The translations under genes and the position numbers were made by a program. The notes under the pieces are model-generated. The model saw nothing but the letters and a program-made list of their open reading frames with translations, had not been told where the DNA came from and did not search any database. A stretch of DNA of 63,324 bases, counting the filler. It is 4 parts of 4 records of this genome, joined end to end, with 100 filler letters (N's around TTAATTAATTAA, not from the genome) between each part and the next. Parts side by side here need not be neighbours in the genome. Positions count along the whole stretch, not along the records: positions 1 to 21,959 come from DRR723986_7493; 3 more parts are not named here. One strand, written 5' to 3'. Below, in pieces: positions 1 to 9,245 of the stretch. The first letter of the stretch is position 1; each line of letters starts with the position of its first letter.

Positions 1-576
1 GGCCAGCGTGTTGCAATCCAGCGCATCAAATGCGGCGTCCGAAGCATAAGAAAAGCCCATGGATTTTGCCAAGCCCAATGTGACCTGCGTTGGCACCAGT
101 GGTGCACCGAAGTGACCAAGCACCACGTCATTGTCTGCAGCATGGGCGGCCAAGCCCGCCATATCGTCATAGGGGGCATTGCCGCCCGCCGCGATCACAA
201 AAGGATAGGTCAGAAAATTGCCGAGCGGCACAAAGGGATCGGGGTTCAGTTCGGGAATGCCGATCTGCGGGCCAACCACTGGGATCGCGATAATGAATGA
301 TCCAATGGTGTAGCCATCAGCGGGAGCATTGGCCACTTCGATTGCACCGGGGAAAGGGCCGCCGCCGCCGCCGGGTTTGTTCACCACGGCTGTGGGCACG
401 CCGTAGGCCTCGGAAAAGTCCTCAGCAATCATGCGCGTCAAGACGTCCTCAAGATCGCCCGGAGGCCAAGGGACAACAAATTCTACCGGCTTTTCGGGGT
501 ATTCGGCCTGTGCAGCTCCGGCAACGGCAGTCATGGCCAAGGCCAAAGCCGTCACGGACATTGAAAATCTATTCAT
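1..576 (-). CDS. Tripartite tricarboxylate transporter substrate-binding protein (TctC/Bug family), truncated by the window edge; missing from the ORF track
   Basis: Hand translation from ATG 576: MNRFSMSVTALALAMTAVAGAAQAEYPEKPVEFVVPWPPGDLEDVLTRMIAE...VVNKPGGGGG...APADGYTIG. It has a signal peptide plus Bug-family YP-x-K-P, VVNKPGG and PADGYT motifs, and an upstream GGGAGA RBS. Confidence 0.88.
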   Translation of the reverse strand, partial: MNRFSMSVTALALAMTAVAGAAQAEYPEKPVEFVVPWPPGDLEDVLTRMIAEDFSEAYGVPTAVVNKPGGGGGPFPGAIEVANAPADGYTIGSFIIAIPVVGPQIGIPELNPDPFVPLGNFLTYPFVIAAGGNAPYDDMAGLAAHAADNDVVLGHFGAPLVPTQVTLGLAKSMGFSYASDAAFDALDCNTLA

Positions 577-593
577 TGGTTTCTCCCTGCTAT

Positions 594-610
594 GGTTCAT
601 ATAGTGAACC
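594..610. promoter_or_regulatory. Putative IclR-family operator
   Basis: Perfect inverted repeat GGTTCA-TATAG-TGAACC between divergent tctC and iclR. The GTTC-N7-GAAC core resembles PcaU/PcaR/PobR operators. Confidence 0.7.
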
Positions 611-688
611 GACGTTTCATAAAAAGGTTGCCTTGTTAACCTCCCTCTGTCAAACTTTTTCTCAAGACAGCAACAAAGCGAGAGTCTC

Positions 689-1498
689 ATGTCGTCCATT
701 TCGAAAACGCTGGAGCTTTTGGCGTATTTCACATCAGCCCAACCCGAGATCGGGTTGTCGCAGCTGTGCCGGCAGGCTGGGCGTGACAAGGCGACGACCT
801 ACAGGCACCTGCAAGCTCTTGAAGACGCTGGATTTGTGGAACAGAACCCTGTGACCAAACATTACCGGCTTGGGCCCGCATTGCTACAGTTGGCGCAAAT
901 CCGTGAAGAGACCGTGCCGCGCAAAGCCGGGGCCGAAACCGTGCTGGATGGCCTGGTCGACACAACGGGCGAGACCGCTCATGTTTCCGTGCTTTCGGGC
1001 ACCACAGTCTATCCACTGGTGTCCCGGGAATCGCATCATCACAGCACCCGCGCGATCATCGATGTGCAGTCTTTCCCGCTCCACGCCACGGCATCCGGGC
1101 TTTGTGCTCTGGCCTTTGGCCCATCTGAGCTTTGGCCCGCAGCGGTTGCGAAGTTGCAGACATTTACCGATCGCACCATCGCATCAAAAGAGGCGTTGCA
1201 GCAAACGGTCGCGACGGTCCGGCAAAGTGGCTTTGGCCGCTCCGACCGTTGCTACGAGGACGACATTCAGGGGGTCTCGGCCCCGGTATTTGATCAATCC
1301 GGCCGCTTTGCCGGTGCGGTCTCCGTGGCCTGCGTTGCCTCCCGTTTCACGCCAGAACTAGAGGCCAGGGTCAAGAAACAGCTGATCAACGCCAGCCGCG
1401 ACATCACCCGAAACTGGGGCGGCACCGTCCCTGCCGAAATCGAGGCCGCATGGGCCAGTTCACTGTCACGTTCGAACGTATTGGAAAACACATCATGA
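689..1498 (+). CDS. IclR family transcriptional regulator
   Basis: N-terminal HTH (KATTYRHLQAL...YRLGP), TGETAH, PLHATASG, GVSAPVFD..G..AGAVSV. Confidence 0.95.
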   Translation: MSSISKTLELLAYFTSAQPEIGLSQLCRQAGRDKATTYRHLQALEDAGFVEQNPVTKHYRLGPALLQLAQIREETVPRKAGAETVLDGLVDTTGETAHVSVLSGTTVYPLVSRESHHHSTRAIIDVQSFPLHATASGLCALAFGPSELWPAAVAKLQTFTDRTIASKEALQQTVATVRQSGFGRSDRCYEDDIQGVSAPVFDQSGRFAGAVSVACVASRFTPELEARVKKQLINASRDITRNWGGTVPAEIEAAWASSLSRSNVLENTS

Positions 1499-2841
1499 AA
1501 GACTCCAACTTCCTCAAAGAGAACAACGGGCGGCTGATGTGGCATCCAATGACCTCGCCGCAGGACAGCGCCGAGAACCCGCCCAAGATCATCACCGGGG
1601 CCAGCGGCGTGAGCGTTACGGATATTGACGGGCATAGTGTGGTGGACGGTGTTGGCGGGCTGTGGAACGTCAATCTGGGCTATTCCTGCCAACCGGTCAA
1701 AGACGCGATGACCGCACAACTGGACACCCTGCCCTATTATTCCACGTTCCGCGGCACGTCCAACGATGTGGCGATTGAGCTGTCTTTTGAACTGTCGGAA
1801 TTCTTTGAGCCTGACGGGATGGCACGAGCGTTCTTTACCTCTGGCGGATCGGATTCGGTTGAAACCGCGCTGCGTCTGGCCCGCCAGTATCACAAGCTAC
1901 GTGGAGAGGCGGGACGCACCAAGTTCTTGAGCCTCAAGAAAGGCTATCACGGCACCCATATCGGCGGGGCATCTGTCAACGGCAATGCCAATTTCCGCAC
2001 CGCTTACGAGCCGCTCTTGCCCGGCTGTTTCCACATTCCGGCGCCCTACACCTACCGGAACCCGTTTAACGAAAGCGATCCGGAAAAGCTGGCCCAGCTT
2101 TGTGTGCAGGCCTTGGAGGACGAGATTGCCTTTCAGGGGGCAGGCACCATCGCCGCGATGATCATGGAGCCGATTTTGGGCGCAGGCGGGGTGATACCGC
2201 CGCACAAATCCTTTGCGCCAATGGTTCAGGAGATCTGCAATCGCCACGGCATCTTGCTGATCACCGATGAGGTGATCACCGCCTATGGCCGAACCGGCGC
2301 ATGGTCCGGTGCGCGGCTTTGGGGCATTCAGCCGGATATGATGTGTACCGCCAAGGCGATCACCAACGGATATTTCCCCTTTGGCGCGGTGATGATCGGC
2401 CGCCGCATGGTTGATGTGTTCGAGGGCAACCCGTCTGCCAAAATCGGCCATGGCTACACCTATTCGGGCCATCCTGTCGGTGCGGCGGCGGCGCTGGCCT
2501 GTCTGGCAGAGACCAAGCGCTTGAACGTGGTGGACAATGCTGCCGCGCGGGGCGCGCAGCTTTTCAACGGGTGCAAAGCCCTGATGGAGAAATACGATAT
2601 CATCGGCGATGTGCGCGGCGGGCATGGGTTGATGACCGCAATTGAGATGGTCAGTGACCGCGCAACCAAGACCCCTATCGATGGTGCCTCCGCGCTGGCG
2701 GTGCAGGAAGGTGCCTATCAGAACGGTGCAATGGTGCGGGTGTCCGGCCCCAACCTGATCCTGTCGCCGCCATTGGTGCTCAGCGAAGCGGAGGCTGACA
2801 CGATCCTGTCCGCATTGGATGCAGGGCTCGCCTGCGTCTGA
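1495..2841 (+). CDS. Class III PLP-dependent aminotransferase (omega-amino acid/amine transaminase)
   Basis: DGVGGLWNVNLG, SGGSDSVE, GYHG, EPILGAGG, LITDEVITAYGRTG, AKAITNGYFP, HGYTYSGHP. Start set at the ATGA overlap with the iclR stop. Confidence 0.95.
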   Translation: MKDSNFLKENNGRLMWHPMTSPQDSAENPPKIITGASGVSVTDIDGHSVVDGVGGLWNVNLGYSCQPVKDAMTAQLDTLPYYSTFRGTSNDVAIELSFELSEFFEPDGMARAFFTSGGSDSVETALRLARQYHKLRGEAGRTKFLSLKKGYHGTHIGGASVNGNANFRTAYEPLLPGCFHIPAPYTYRNPFNESDPEKLAQLCVQALEDEIAFQGAGTIAAMIMEPILGAGGVIPPHKSFAPMVQEICNRHGILLITDEVITAYGRTGAWSGARLWGIQPDMMCTAKAITNGYFPFGAVMIGRRMVDVFEGNPSAKIGHGYTYSGHPVGAAAALACLAETKRLNVVDNAAARGAQLFNGCKALMEKYDIIGDVRGGHGLMTAIEMVSDRATKTPIDGASALAVQEGAYQNGAMVRVSGPNLILSPPLVLSEAEADTILSALDAGLACV

Positions 2842-2889
2842 GCCTTGGCGCATCGGCCTGACTGGGTCTGACCTCAGAGAATAGACAAT

Positions 2890-2918
2890 TGCCCCGCCCA
2901 GCAAAGCAGGACGGGGCA
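2890..2918. terminator. Imperfect GC-rich hairpin between convergent genes
   Basis: TGCCCCG...CGGGGCA stem between the aminotransferase and RTX-gene stops. Confidence 0.45.
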
Positions 2919-2937
2919 TTGGCAGTGGCGCTATAAC

Positions 2938-5900
2938 TTAGAAATTGAAATCATCGTCTGACAGGGTAAAGCCGCTCACCCCGATCACACCGATGTTGCC
3001 TTCTTTGCCCGCGTCATTGGTAAAGCTCACCCGCGCCGCGGTGTCGGTCAGTTGCAGGATCGTCACGTCATCCATTCCCTGCACTGCGTCCATGCGGGAA
3101 AAGTCGATTTTGTCGGCACCGTCTTCCCAATCAAAGATCTGGCCGCCGCGTGTGCCATCCATGAACAGGAATGTATCGGCCTCACTGCCACCTGACATGT
3201 TGTCATGGCCGCTGTTGGAGACCAGCGTATCCTCGCCCATTTCACCAAACAGCGCATCGCTGCCCCAGCCGCCTTCGATCCAGTCATTGCCCGCGCCGCC
3301 AAACAGCAGATCATTGTGGCCTTCGCCAAAGATGAAATCATCCCCGTCGCCAGCCATCACAAAATCATTGCCGTTGTTGCCGTGGATATTGTCCGCCTCC
3401 GCGGTGCCTTGCAGCATGTTTGCATCGCGATCGCCCGCAATATGGTTCGGCAGCCCCTCGGTGGGTTCCAGAATGTCGATCCCGTCAAAGACACCTTTGG
3501 CCGTGACCCGCACGTCCTCTTCGGTGACCGTGTCGCCATAGATTTTCACGGTGCCGAGGCTGTCTTCGTCATGGGCGCCGCCGCCGTCGCCCTGTTGCGA
3601 ACGGACATGCAGCAGGGAGAAATCACCGCCCTCGTCCGCGCCATAAGTGATCTCGGCCAATTCGACCGTGTGACCGCGCAATTCAATCCTGTCTCTGTCC
3701 TGATTGGAAAAATCGAGAACCACGTCATCGCCGCCACTTTCGACCCAGTGATCATGCACCGCATCATTTTCGCCCGCGACCTTGCGCCAGTTGATGCTGC
3801 CATCTTCGCGGGTGTGACGGGCCAGCACAACGTCGGTGGCATCCAGCAGATAGTTGAACATAAAGGTATCGCGATGCTGGCCGCCCGACACGATGTCTGT
3901 GGAAAGAGCCGGATCAACCGGATCTGTGATCCGTCCTGCGCCATCTGTCTGGGCCGGATCCGGTTCACCACCATCGGCATAGACGCGGATGTAATCACTG
4001 CCCAACCCGGCAAAAACTTGCTGCGCGCCTGAACCCAGCTCAATCCGGTCAGTCGTCTTGACGTCATCGGGCGCTGTCTCCAGCACCGCGCCATGTTCTG
4101 TGATCTGGAACGCTTGGGTGCCGCCGTTGTAATCGGCCAGCTTGTCGGTTTGCGCCAGTTGATCACCGCCGTCAAACACCCCGTCACGCTTCACGGTGAT
4201 GTCCTCCTTGGTGACCTTGTCGCCATAGACCTTGATGATGCCCAGCGGGTCTTCGTCATGGGCGCCGGTGGCCGTGTTGGCCCCGCCCGCGCCGCCGTTG
4301 CCTTGCTGGCTGATCACACGAATGGACGAGAAAGCACCGCCTTCATCCGTGCCATAGGTCACTTCGGCAATCTCGACGGTGTGACCCCGCACAAGGATTT
4401 TGTCGCCCTCTTCTTTCGAGAAATCGAGGATCGTATCAACGCCAAAGCCTTCGACCCAGTGATCGTGCACATTGTCGTTTTCGCCGGCAACCCCGCGCCA
4501 GTTGATATCGCCGGTGCTGCCGGTGTGCTGGGCCACCACTTCGGCCCGTCCATTCAGCAGCGCGTAGAACTCAAAGCGGTCCGCGCCCGCGCCGCCAGAG
4601 AAATAATCGTCTGACCCTGCCGCACCAATGGCCGGGTTGATCCGCCCCTCGGCGCCATCGGTCTGCGCTGGGTCCGGCTCTCCTGCATCGCCGTAAGACA
4701 GAATGCGGTCATTGCCGCTGCCAGCCTCAATGATCTGGGTGCCACTGCCCGCTTTGAACATATCGCCGCGTGCGGTGCCTTCGAATGTCCGCTCAAAACT
4801 TTCGGGGTTTTCAATGCCCCATTGTGGATGCTCAATCTGCGGCGCGTCATTGTCGGCCAGACCGCCCGCTTCGGCGGCGGCGATATCTTCAAGCTGATCA
4901 ACGCCATAGAACACATTCGCCTTCAGCTTGATATCCTCTTTGGTGACCTTGTCGCCATAGACCTTGATCGTGCCAAGCAGGTCTTCGTCATGGGCACCAG
5001 TGGCGGTATTTTCGCCGCCCGCACCGCCATCACCCTGTTGGGATCGCAGTTGGATCAGGCTGAAATCGCCGCCCTCATCCGCATCATAGGTGATCGCGGC
5101 GACCTCGACCGTGTGGCCGCGAATGTCGATCTTGTCGCCATCCTGTTTGGAGAAATCGAGGATCACATCATTGCCGATCCCCTCAACCCAGTGGTCATGC
5201 ACATTGTCGTTTTCACCTGCCACGCGCCGCCAGTTGACCTCCCCGTCGCTGCGGGTGTGTTTGTCCTGTATCTCTTGCTTGGCGTTCAGCAACAAACGAA
5301 AGGCAAAGATATCGCGCCCCTGCCCGCCTTTGATGATGTCATCAGATTGATCTGCCGGGACCGGATCATTCACCCGGCCCGCTGCGCCTTCGGTCTGGGC
5401 CGGATCCGGCTCTCCGCCATCGGAAAAGCTGTAGATGATGTCATTGCCGCCGCCCGCATCCACGGTTTGCGACCCCTCACCAATTGAAATCCTGTCGGTC
5501 TGCCGGTGAATTGACCCGGTATAGCTGGTGTCATCGGTGTTGCTGGCGACAACCTGCGTGATGCCAAGGTCAATCGGGGAATAAACCGCATCTGCCGTCT
5601 CCAGCCGGTCGATGCCCTCATTGTTTTTCTCGACAATCAGATCGGCCAATTCAACCTTGTCGCCATAAACCTTGATCTGGCCCAGCGGATCTTCGTCATG
5701 GGCACCGGTGGCCGTATTGGCCCCGCCCGCACCGCCGTCGCCTTGCTGGCTGTAGACCGTGATCAGGGAAAACGCGCCGGCCTCATCCGATCCATAGGTG
5801 ATGTCGCCAATGGTCATCGTATGGCCGGTGATTTTGATCTTGTCGCCTTCGGCCTTGCTGTAATCGGTGATCGTGTCGAGGCCGAACCCTTCGACCCAGT

Positions 5901-6234
5901 GATCATGGACGTTGTCGTTTTCCCCCGCAACGCCGCCCCAATTGACGCGGCCAGAGCTGCCGGTGTGGGCGCCAACCACGCTTTCCTTGGCATTGATCAG
6001 CGCCCGGAACTCAAACGTATCGCGGCCAGCCCCGCCGGTCAGCGTATCATCCGTCCCGCCCGTGACAGGCGGATAAACCCGCCCCTCTGCGCCGTTCGTC
6101 TGCGCCGGGTCAGGCTCTCCCCCATCAGCGTAGGAAATGATGCGATCATTGCCCGCCCCCATATCAACGGTCTGTGCGCCGCTGCCAAGGATCGCTGTTT
6201 CGCTGAACTTTGTTCCGGTTACGTTGTCCGCCAT
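2938..6234 (-). CDS. RTX-type Ca-binding secreted protein with four tandem ~240-aa repeats of an unrecognised domain
   Basis: GGxGxD/GxGND nonapeptides, a C-terminal DTFLF...IFDWEDGADKIDFS...DDFNF T1SS-like tail, no Sec signal, and four copies of GEPDPAQT / VAGENDxVHDHWVE / GAHDED. Confidence 0.85.
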   Translation of the reverse strand: MADNVTGTKFSETAILGSGAQTVDMGAGNDRIISYADGGEPDPAQTNGAEGRVYPPVTGGTDDTLTGGAGRDTFEFRALINAKESVVGAHTGSSGRVNWGGVAGENDNVHDHWVEGFGLDTITDYSKAEGDKIKITGHTMTIGDITYGSDEAGAFSLITVYSQQGDGGAGGANTATGAHDEDPLGQIKVYGDKVELADLIVEKNNEGIDRLETADAVYSPIDLGITQVVASNTDDTSYTGSIHRQTDRISIGEGSQTVDAGGGNDIIYSFSDGGEPDPAQTEGAAGRVNDPVPADQSDDIIKGGQGRDIFAFRLLLNAKQEIQDKHTRSDGEVNWRRVAGENDNVHDHWVEGIGNDVILDFSKQDGDKIDIRGHTVEVAAITYDADEGGDFSLIQLRSQQGDGGAGGENTATGAHDEDLLGTIKVYGDKVTKEDIKLKANVFYGVDQLEDIAAAEAGGLADNDAPQIEHPQWGIENPESFERTFEGTARGDMFKAGSGTQIIEAGSGNDRILSYGDAGEPDPAQTDGAEGRINPAIGAAGSDDYFSGGAGADRFEFYALLNGRAEVVAQHTGSTGDINWRGVAGENDNVHDHWVEGFGVDTILDFSKEEGDKILVRGHTVEIAEVTYGTDEGGAFSSIRVISQQGNGGAGGANTATGAHDEDPLGIIKVYGDKVTKEDITVKRDGVFDGGDQLAQTDKLADYNGGTQAFQITEHGAVLETAPDDVKTTDRIELGSGAQQVFAGLGSDYIRVYADGGEPDPAQTDGAGRITDPVDPALSTDIVSGGQHRDTFMFNYLLDATDVVLARHTREDGSINWRKVAGENDAVHDHWVESGGDDVVLDFSNQDRDRIELRGHTVELAEITYGADEGGDFSLLHVRSQQGDGGGAHDEDSLGTVKIYGDTVTEEDVRVTAKGVFDGIDILEPTEGLPNHIAGDRDANMLQGTAEADNIHGNNGNDFVMAGDGDDFIFGEGHNDLLFGGAGNDWIEGGWGSDALFGEMGEDTLVSNSGHDNMSGGSEADTFLFMDGTRGGQIFDWEDGADKIDFSRMDAVQGMDDVTILQLTDTAARVSFTNDAGKEGNIGVIGVSGFTLSDDDFNF
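3540..6190 (-). repeat. Four intragenic repeats with a ~710-730 bp period
   Basis: HDHW codons at 5896-5907, 5188-5199, 4456-4467 and 3745-3756 (spacings 708, 732, 711 bp). Boundaries approximate. Confidence 0.9.
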
Positions 6235-6679
6235 TTGGTCTCTCCCAAGGTTATTGCGCGGCCCGGTCAGGCTTCAGATCCGTGGCCACATTTATTGTTG
6301 GCGTCCATTGATTCCCGTAAAACGTGAAAAATCTATGTTCGAATTCGAGCAATTGTCAGAAAGGCCGTTTTCCGCCGCGCAAGCGCGGATCACCGCCGAT
6401 CTTTGCGATTTTCACCATATGCTGTGGGCGATCACGCGCTGCACCGCGACAGGTTGCGCCGATATCCGCCGACCTTAGCCAATACGATTGTTGCCCAAAC
6501 CGCAATTTCTTGCCCTAATTCGCCGCCCGAAAGCAAAAGATCCTGCCAAATGTCACAAAAGCGTCTTAATCAATTGCTGTGAAAATCGGGGCGACGGCAC
6601 AGCAATTTTCGCCTCGCAGGTTCTCGCGGCGGGTGAGTGACCGGGATATGATGAGGCATTCAGAGCAAGGAAAACGACG

Positions 6680-7840
6680 ATGACTGGCATTTTGACCCTC
6701 AACGCCGGTTCGTCCTCGATGAAATTCGGCCTCTACCGCGATGCTGCTGACCCGGTTGAGCTGTTGCATGGCCAGATTGACGGCATCGGCACCGCGGCGC
6801 GGCTCATCCTCACAACGTCCAAAGGCACAACCGCCACAAAGGTGGCCGCACCGACCCAGGGTGACGCCCTGACGCGGGTGATCGAAGCACTTGCGGGGCC
6901 GCTGGCCGATCTCACCATCACCGGCGTCGGCCACCGCATTGTGCATGGCGGCCCGCAGTTTTCCACGCCGGTTATCCTGACCCAGGATGTACTGGCGGCG
7001 CTGTCCGATCTGGGGCCCCTCGCCCCCTTGCACCAGCCGCATAACCTCGCCGCCGTTGCCGTAGCCCGGCAGGCCTTTCCCAACGCCGTTCAAATCGGCT
7101 GTTTTGATACGGCCTTTCATCGCGGCCATCCTTGGGTCAACGATACCTTCGCCATCCCCCGCCGCTATTACGACGCGGGAATCCGGCGGTACGGGTTTCA
7201 CGGGCTGAGCTATGATTACATCACCGGGGTGATCAAACGCGATCATCCCGACTTGCACCAAGGCCGGATCATCGTTGCACATCTGGGCAACGGCGCGTCG
7301 ATGTGCGCGATACGGGCGGGGCGCAGCGTTGGGTCCACCATGGGGTTTTCCGCGCTCGACGGGCTGCCCATGGGCACAAGGTGCGGACAGATTGATCCCG
7401 GCGTGGTACTGCACCTCATCGAACACGAAGGGCTTGCGCCCCGCGACGTGATACGGATGCTTCATGAGGACAGCGGGTTGTTGGGCCTTTCCGGCCTGAC
7501 GAGCGACATGCGCAGCCTTCTGGCCTCGGAACTGCCTGAGGCGCAGCAGGCCATCGACTACTACGTGTTCCGGGCGCGGCGCGAGGTGGGCGCATTGGCG
7601 GCCGTTCTTGGCGGTCTGGACGCGCTGGTGTTTTGCGGCGGCATCGGCGAAAACGCCGCCGAAATCAGGCAGCGCATTGGCGATGGGTTAGAATTTCTAG
7701 GCATTGAAATCGACCCTTCTCAGAACCTGAAAAACGCTGGTGACATTGGATTGGGCCAAACCAGGGTCATGGTGATCCCAACCGACGAAGAACGCATCAT
7801 CGCCCGCGCCGTGAGGAAATTGTCAGCAAACAGACCATAA
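6680..7840 (+). CDS. ackA: Acetate/propionate kinase
   Basis: LNAGSSSMKF, GHRIVHGG, LAPLHQPHN, FDTAFH, RRYGFHGLSY, HLGNGASM, MGTRCG, GGIGEN, PTDEE. Confidence 0.95.
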   Translation: MTGILTLNAGSSSMKFGLYRDAADPVELLHGQIDGIGTAARLILTTSKGTTATKVAAPTQGDALTRVIEALAGPLADLTITGVGHRIVHGGPQFSTPVILTQDVLAALSDLGPLAPLHQPHNLAAVAVARQAFPNAVQIGCFDTAFHRGHPWVNDTFAIPRRYYDAGIRRYGFHGLSYDYITGVIKRDHPDLHQGRIIVAHLGNGASMCAIRAGRSVGSTMGFSALDGLPMGTRCGQIDPGVVLHLIEHEGLAPRDVIRMLHEDSGLLGLSGLTSDMRSLLASELPEAQQAIDYYVFRARREVGALAAVLGGLDALVFCGGIGENAAEIRQRIGDGLEFLGIEIDPSQNLKNAGDIGLGQTRVMVIPTDEERIIARAVRKLSANRP

Positions 7841-7989
7841 GCGCGGCAATTACGCTTCGTTACGGTTCCGCCGGTTCGTCCAGATTCCACCGGGACGGTT
7901 ATTGTGTCTGGTGGCTCAGGTGCAAAAGATTAAAGCTCTGAGGTCACTTGTGCCATCGCCCGCGAATTCCTTTGCTGTCTTAGCCCCCA

Positions 7990-9219
7990 TCAGCCGTTGC
8001 TTGCCAAAGCGGGGTCCAGAATGAACGGCAGGGTTTTGAAATGCCGCCGTGTGGTGCTTTCGTCGATTTCAACAGGCCGCGCAGGATCGCGCGCGATCCC
8101 TTCTTGCAGCAGCGCACGCAAAACCATCGCGATGGTGCCAAACTCGGTTTCCTCGGCATCCTTGTTGTCTTCGGAGATCTTAACCCCAACGGCCAACAGC
8201 TTGCCCAAGCACACATGCGCCCCGCCTCCGAAGGAAACGCCATGCAGTGGCAAATTGTCGGGCAGTGCACGATGCGGGTTGAAGCTTTCGGCGTCCTCGC
8301 CGAACAGGTCCGGATTCCGGTTCGCCCGTGTCAGATCCACCGTGACAAATTCATCCGTTTCCGCGTCATGCCCATCGGGCAGATGCACCGGACAAAGCGC
8401 CCGGCGCTTAGTAATCGGGCTGGCGGGATGCAGACGAACCCCTTCCCAGATGAACTTTTGCATCAACACCGGATCGTTGATCAGGTTCTGGCGATCCTCT
8501 GGATGGTCTTGGAGCCAATCCAGAACTTCATTCACCACATTCATCAAGACATTTGCCGTCGTGAATGCCCCCGCGAGAATAAAAAATGCCGCATCTTTCA
8601 CCCGCTCGTCATAAGGCAGATCGTCGTCTGAGGGCGAATGCTGTAGTTGGGCGGTGATGGCGTCACGCGGCAAATCGGATTTTTCGATCTCGCCCGCATT
8701 GAACTTGTCGACCAAGGCGCGGCGACGGGCCAGCGAAGGTTCGAAGAACTCTTTCTCGAACGCCTCAAGCGCCTCTTTCAATTCGACCATCAACTTGTCC
8801 CGATCAGACGGATCGGTGAGCTGCCCCATCGTCGGCGCATGTCCCAGTTTGCCGATCAGTGCAAACAAGCGGTCAGTGTCGGCCTCGTTATGGGCCCGGT
8901 CAATGCCGGCGCTGTCCGCCACAAGGTTGACCAGCACTCGGTAGGCAAACTGCGCCATATCGCCGCCGCCGTTTTCACGCACGGGATCCATGGATTCCTT
9001 GAGCGCGACGGGGAAGACGTGGTTCTGGTAATGCCGGAAAAAGGGCCGGTTGAACACACCCGCAAAGATGCGCTTTTTCTTCATATGCTCCTGCCCGTGC
9101 AGGCAAACCACAGTCTTTGGCAGAAACAGCGTATCCGCGTCATATAGCGCCTGATGCAGGTCAGGCAGACGTAGTGTCGGTTCGGCATGTTCGAAGCGGG
9201 TGATAAAATGTTCGGCCAT
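7990..9219 (-). CDS. Cytochrome P450 (atypical I-helix)
   Basis: Heme motif FGGGAHVCLG, K-helix EGVR, ANRNP..F..FNPHR, I-helix LAGAFTT. Confidence 0.92.
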   Translation of the reverse strand: MAEHFITRFEHAEPTLRLPDLHQALYDADTLFLPKTVVCLHGQEHMKKKRIFAGVFNRPFFRHYQNHVFPVALKESMDPVRENGGGDMAQFAYRVLVNLVADSAGIDRAHNEADTDRLFALIGKLGHAPTMGQLTDPSDRDKLMVELKEALEAFEKEFFEPSLARRRALVDKFNAGEIEKSDLPRDAITAQLQHSPSDDDLPYDERVKDAAFFILAGAFTTANVLMNVVNEVLDWLQDHPEDRQNLINDPVLMQKFIWEGVRLHPASPITKRRALCPVHLPDGHDAETDEFVTVDLTRANRNPDLFGEDAESFNPHRALPDNLPLHGVSFGGGAHVCLGKLLAVGVKISEDNKDAEETEFGTIAMVLRALLQEGIARDPARPVEIDESTTRRHFKTLPFILDPALASNG

Positions 9220-9245
9220 AATGAGCTCCTGTTGGTTCGTCGCTG

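Noticed and set aside
3540-6190. Repeated DNA blocks as a CRISPR array or mobile repeats
   Set aside because: The ~720-bp period and in-frame conservation show protein-domain duplication. No short repeat-spacer array or cas genes were seen in the window.
6336-6351. TGTTCGAATTCGAGCA near-palindrome upstream of the RTX gene
   Set aside because: Single occurrence with no linked regulator; too weak to call.
7864-7878. GTTC...GTTC as an alphaproteobacterial LexA box
   Set aside because: Spacing is N5 rather than N7, and it lies between convergent genes.
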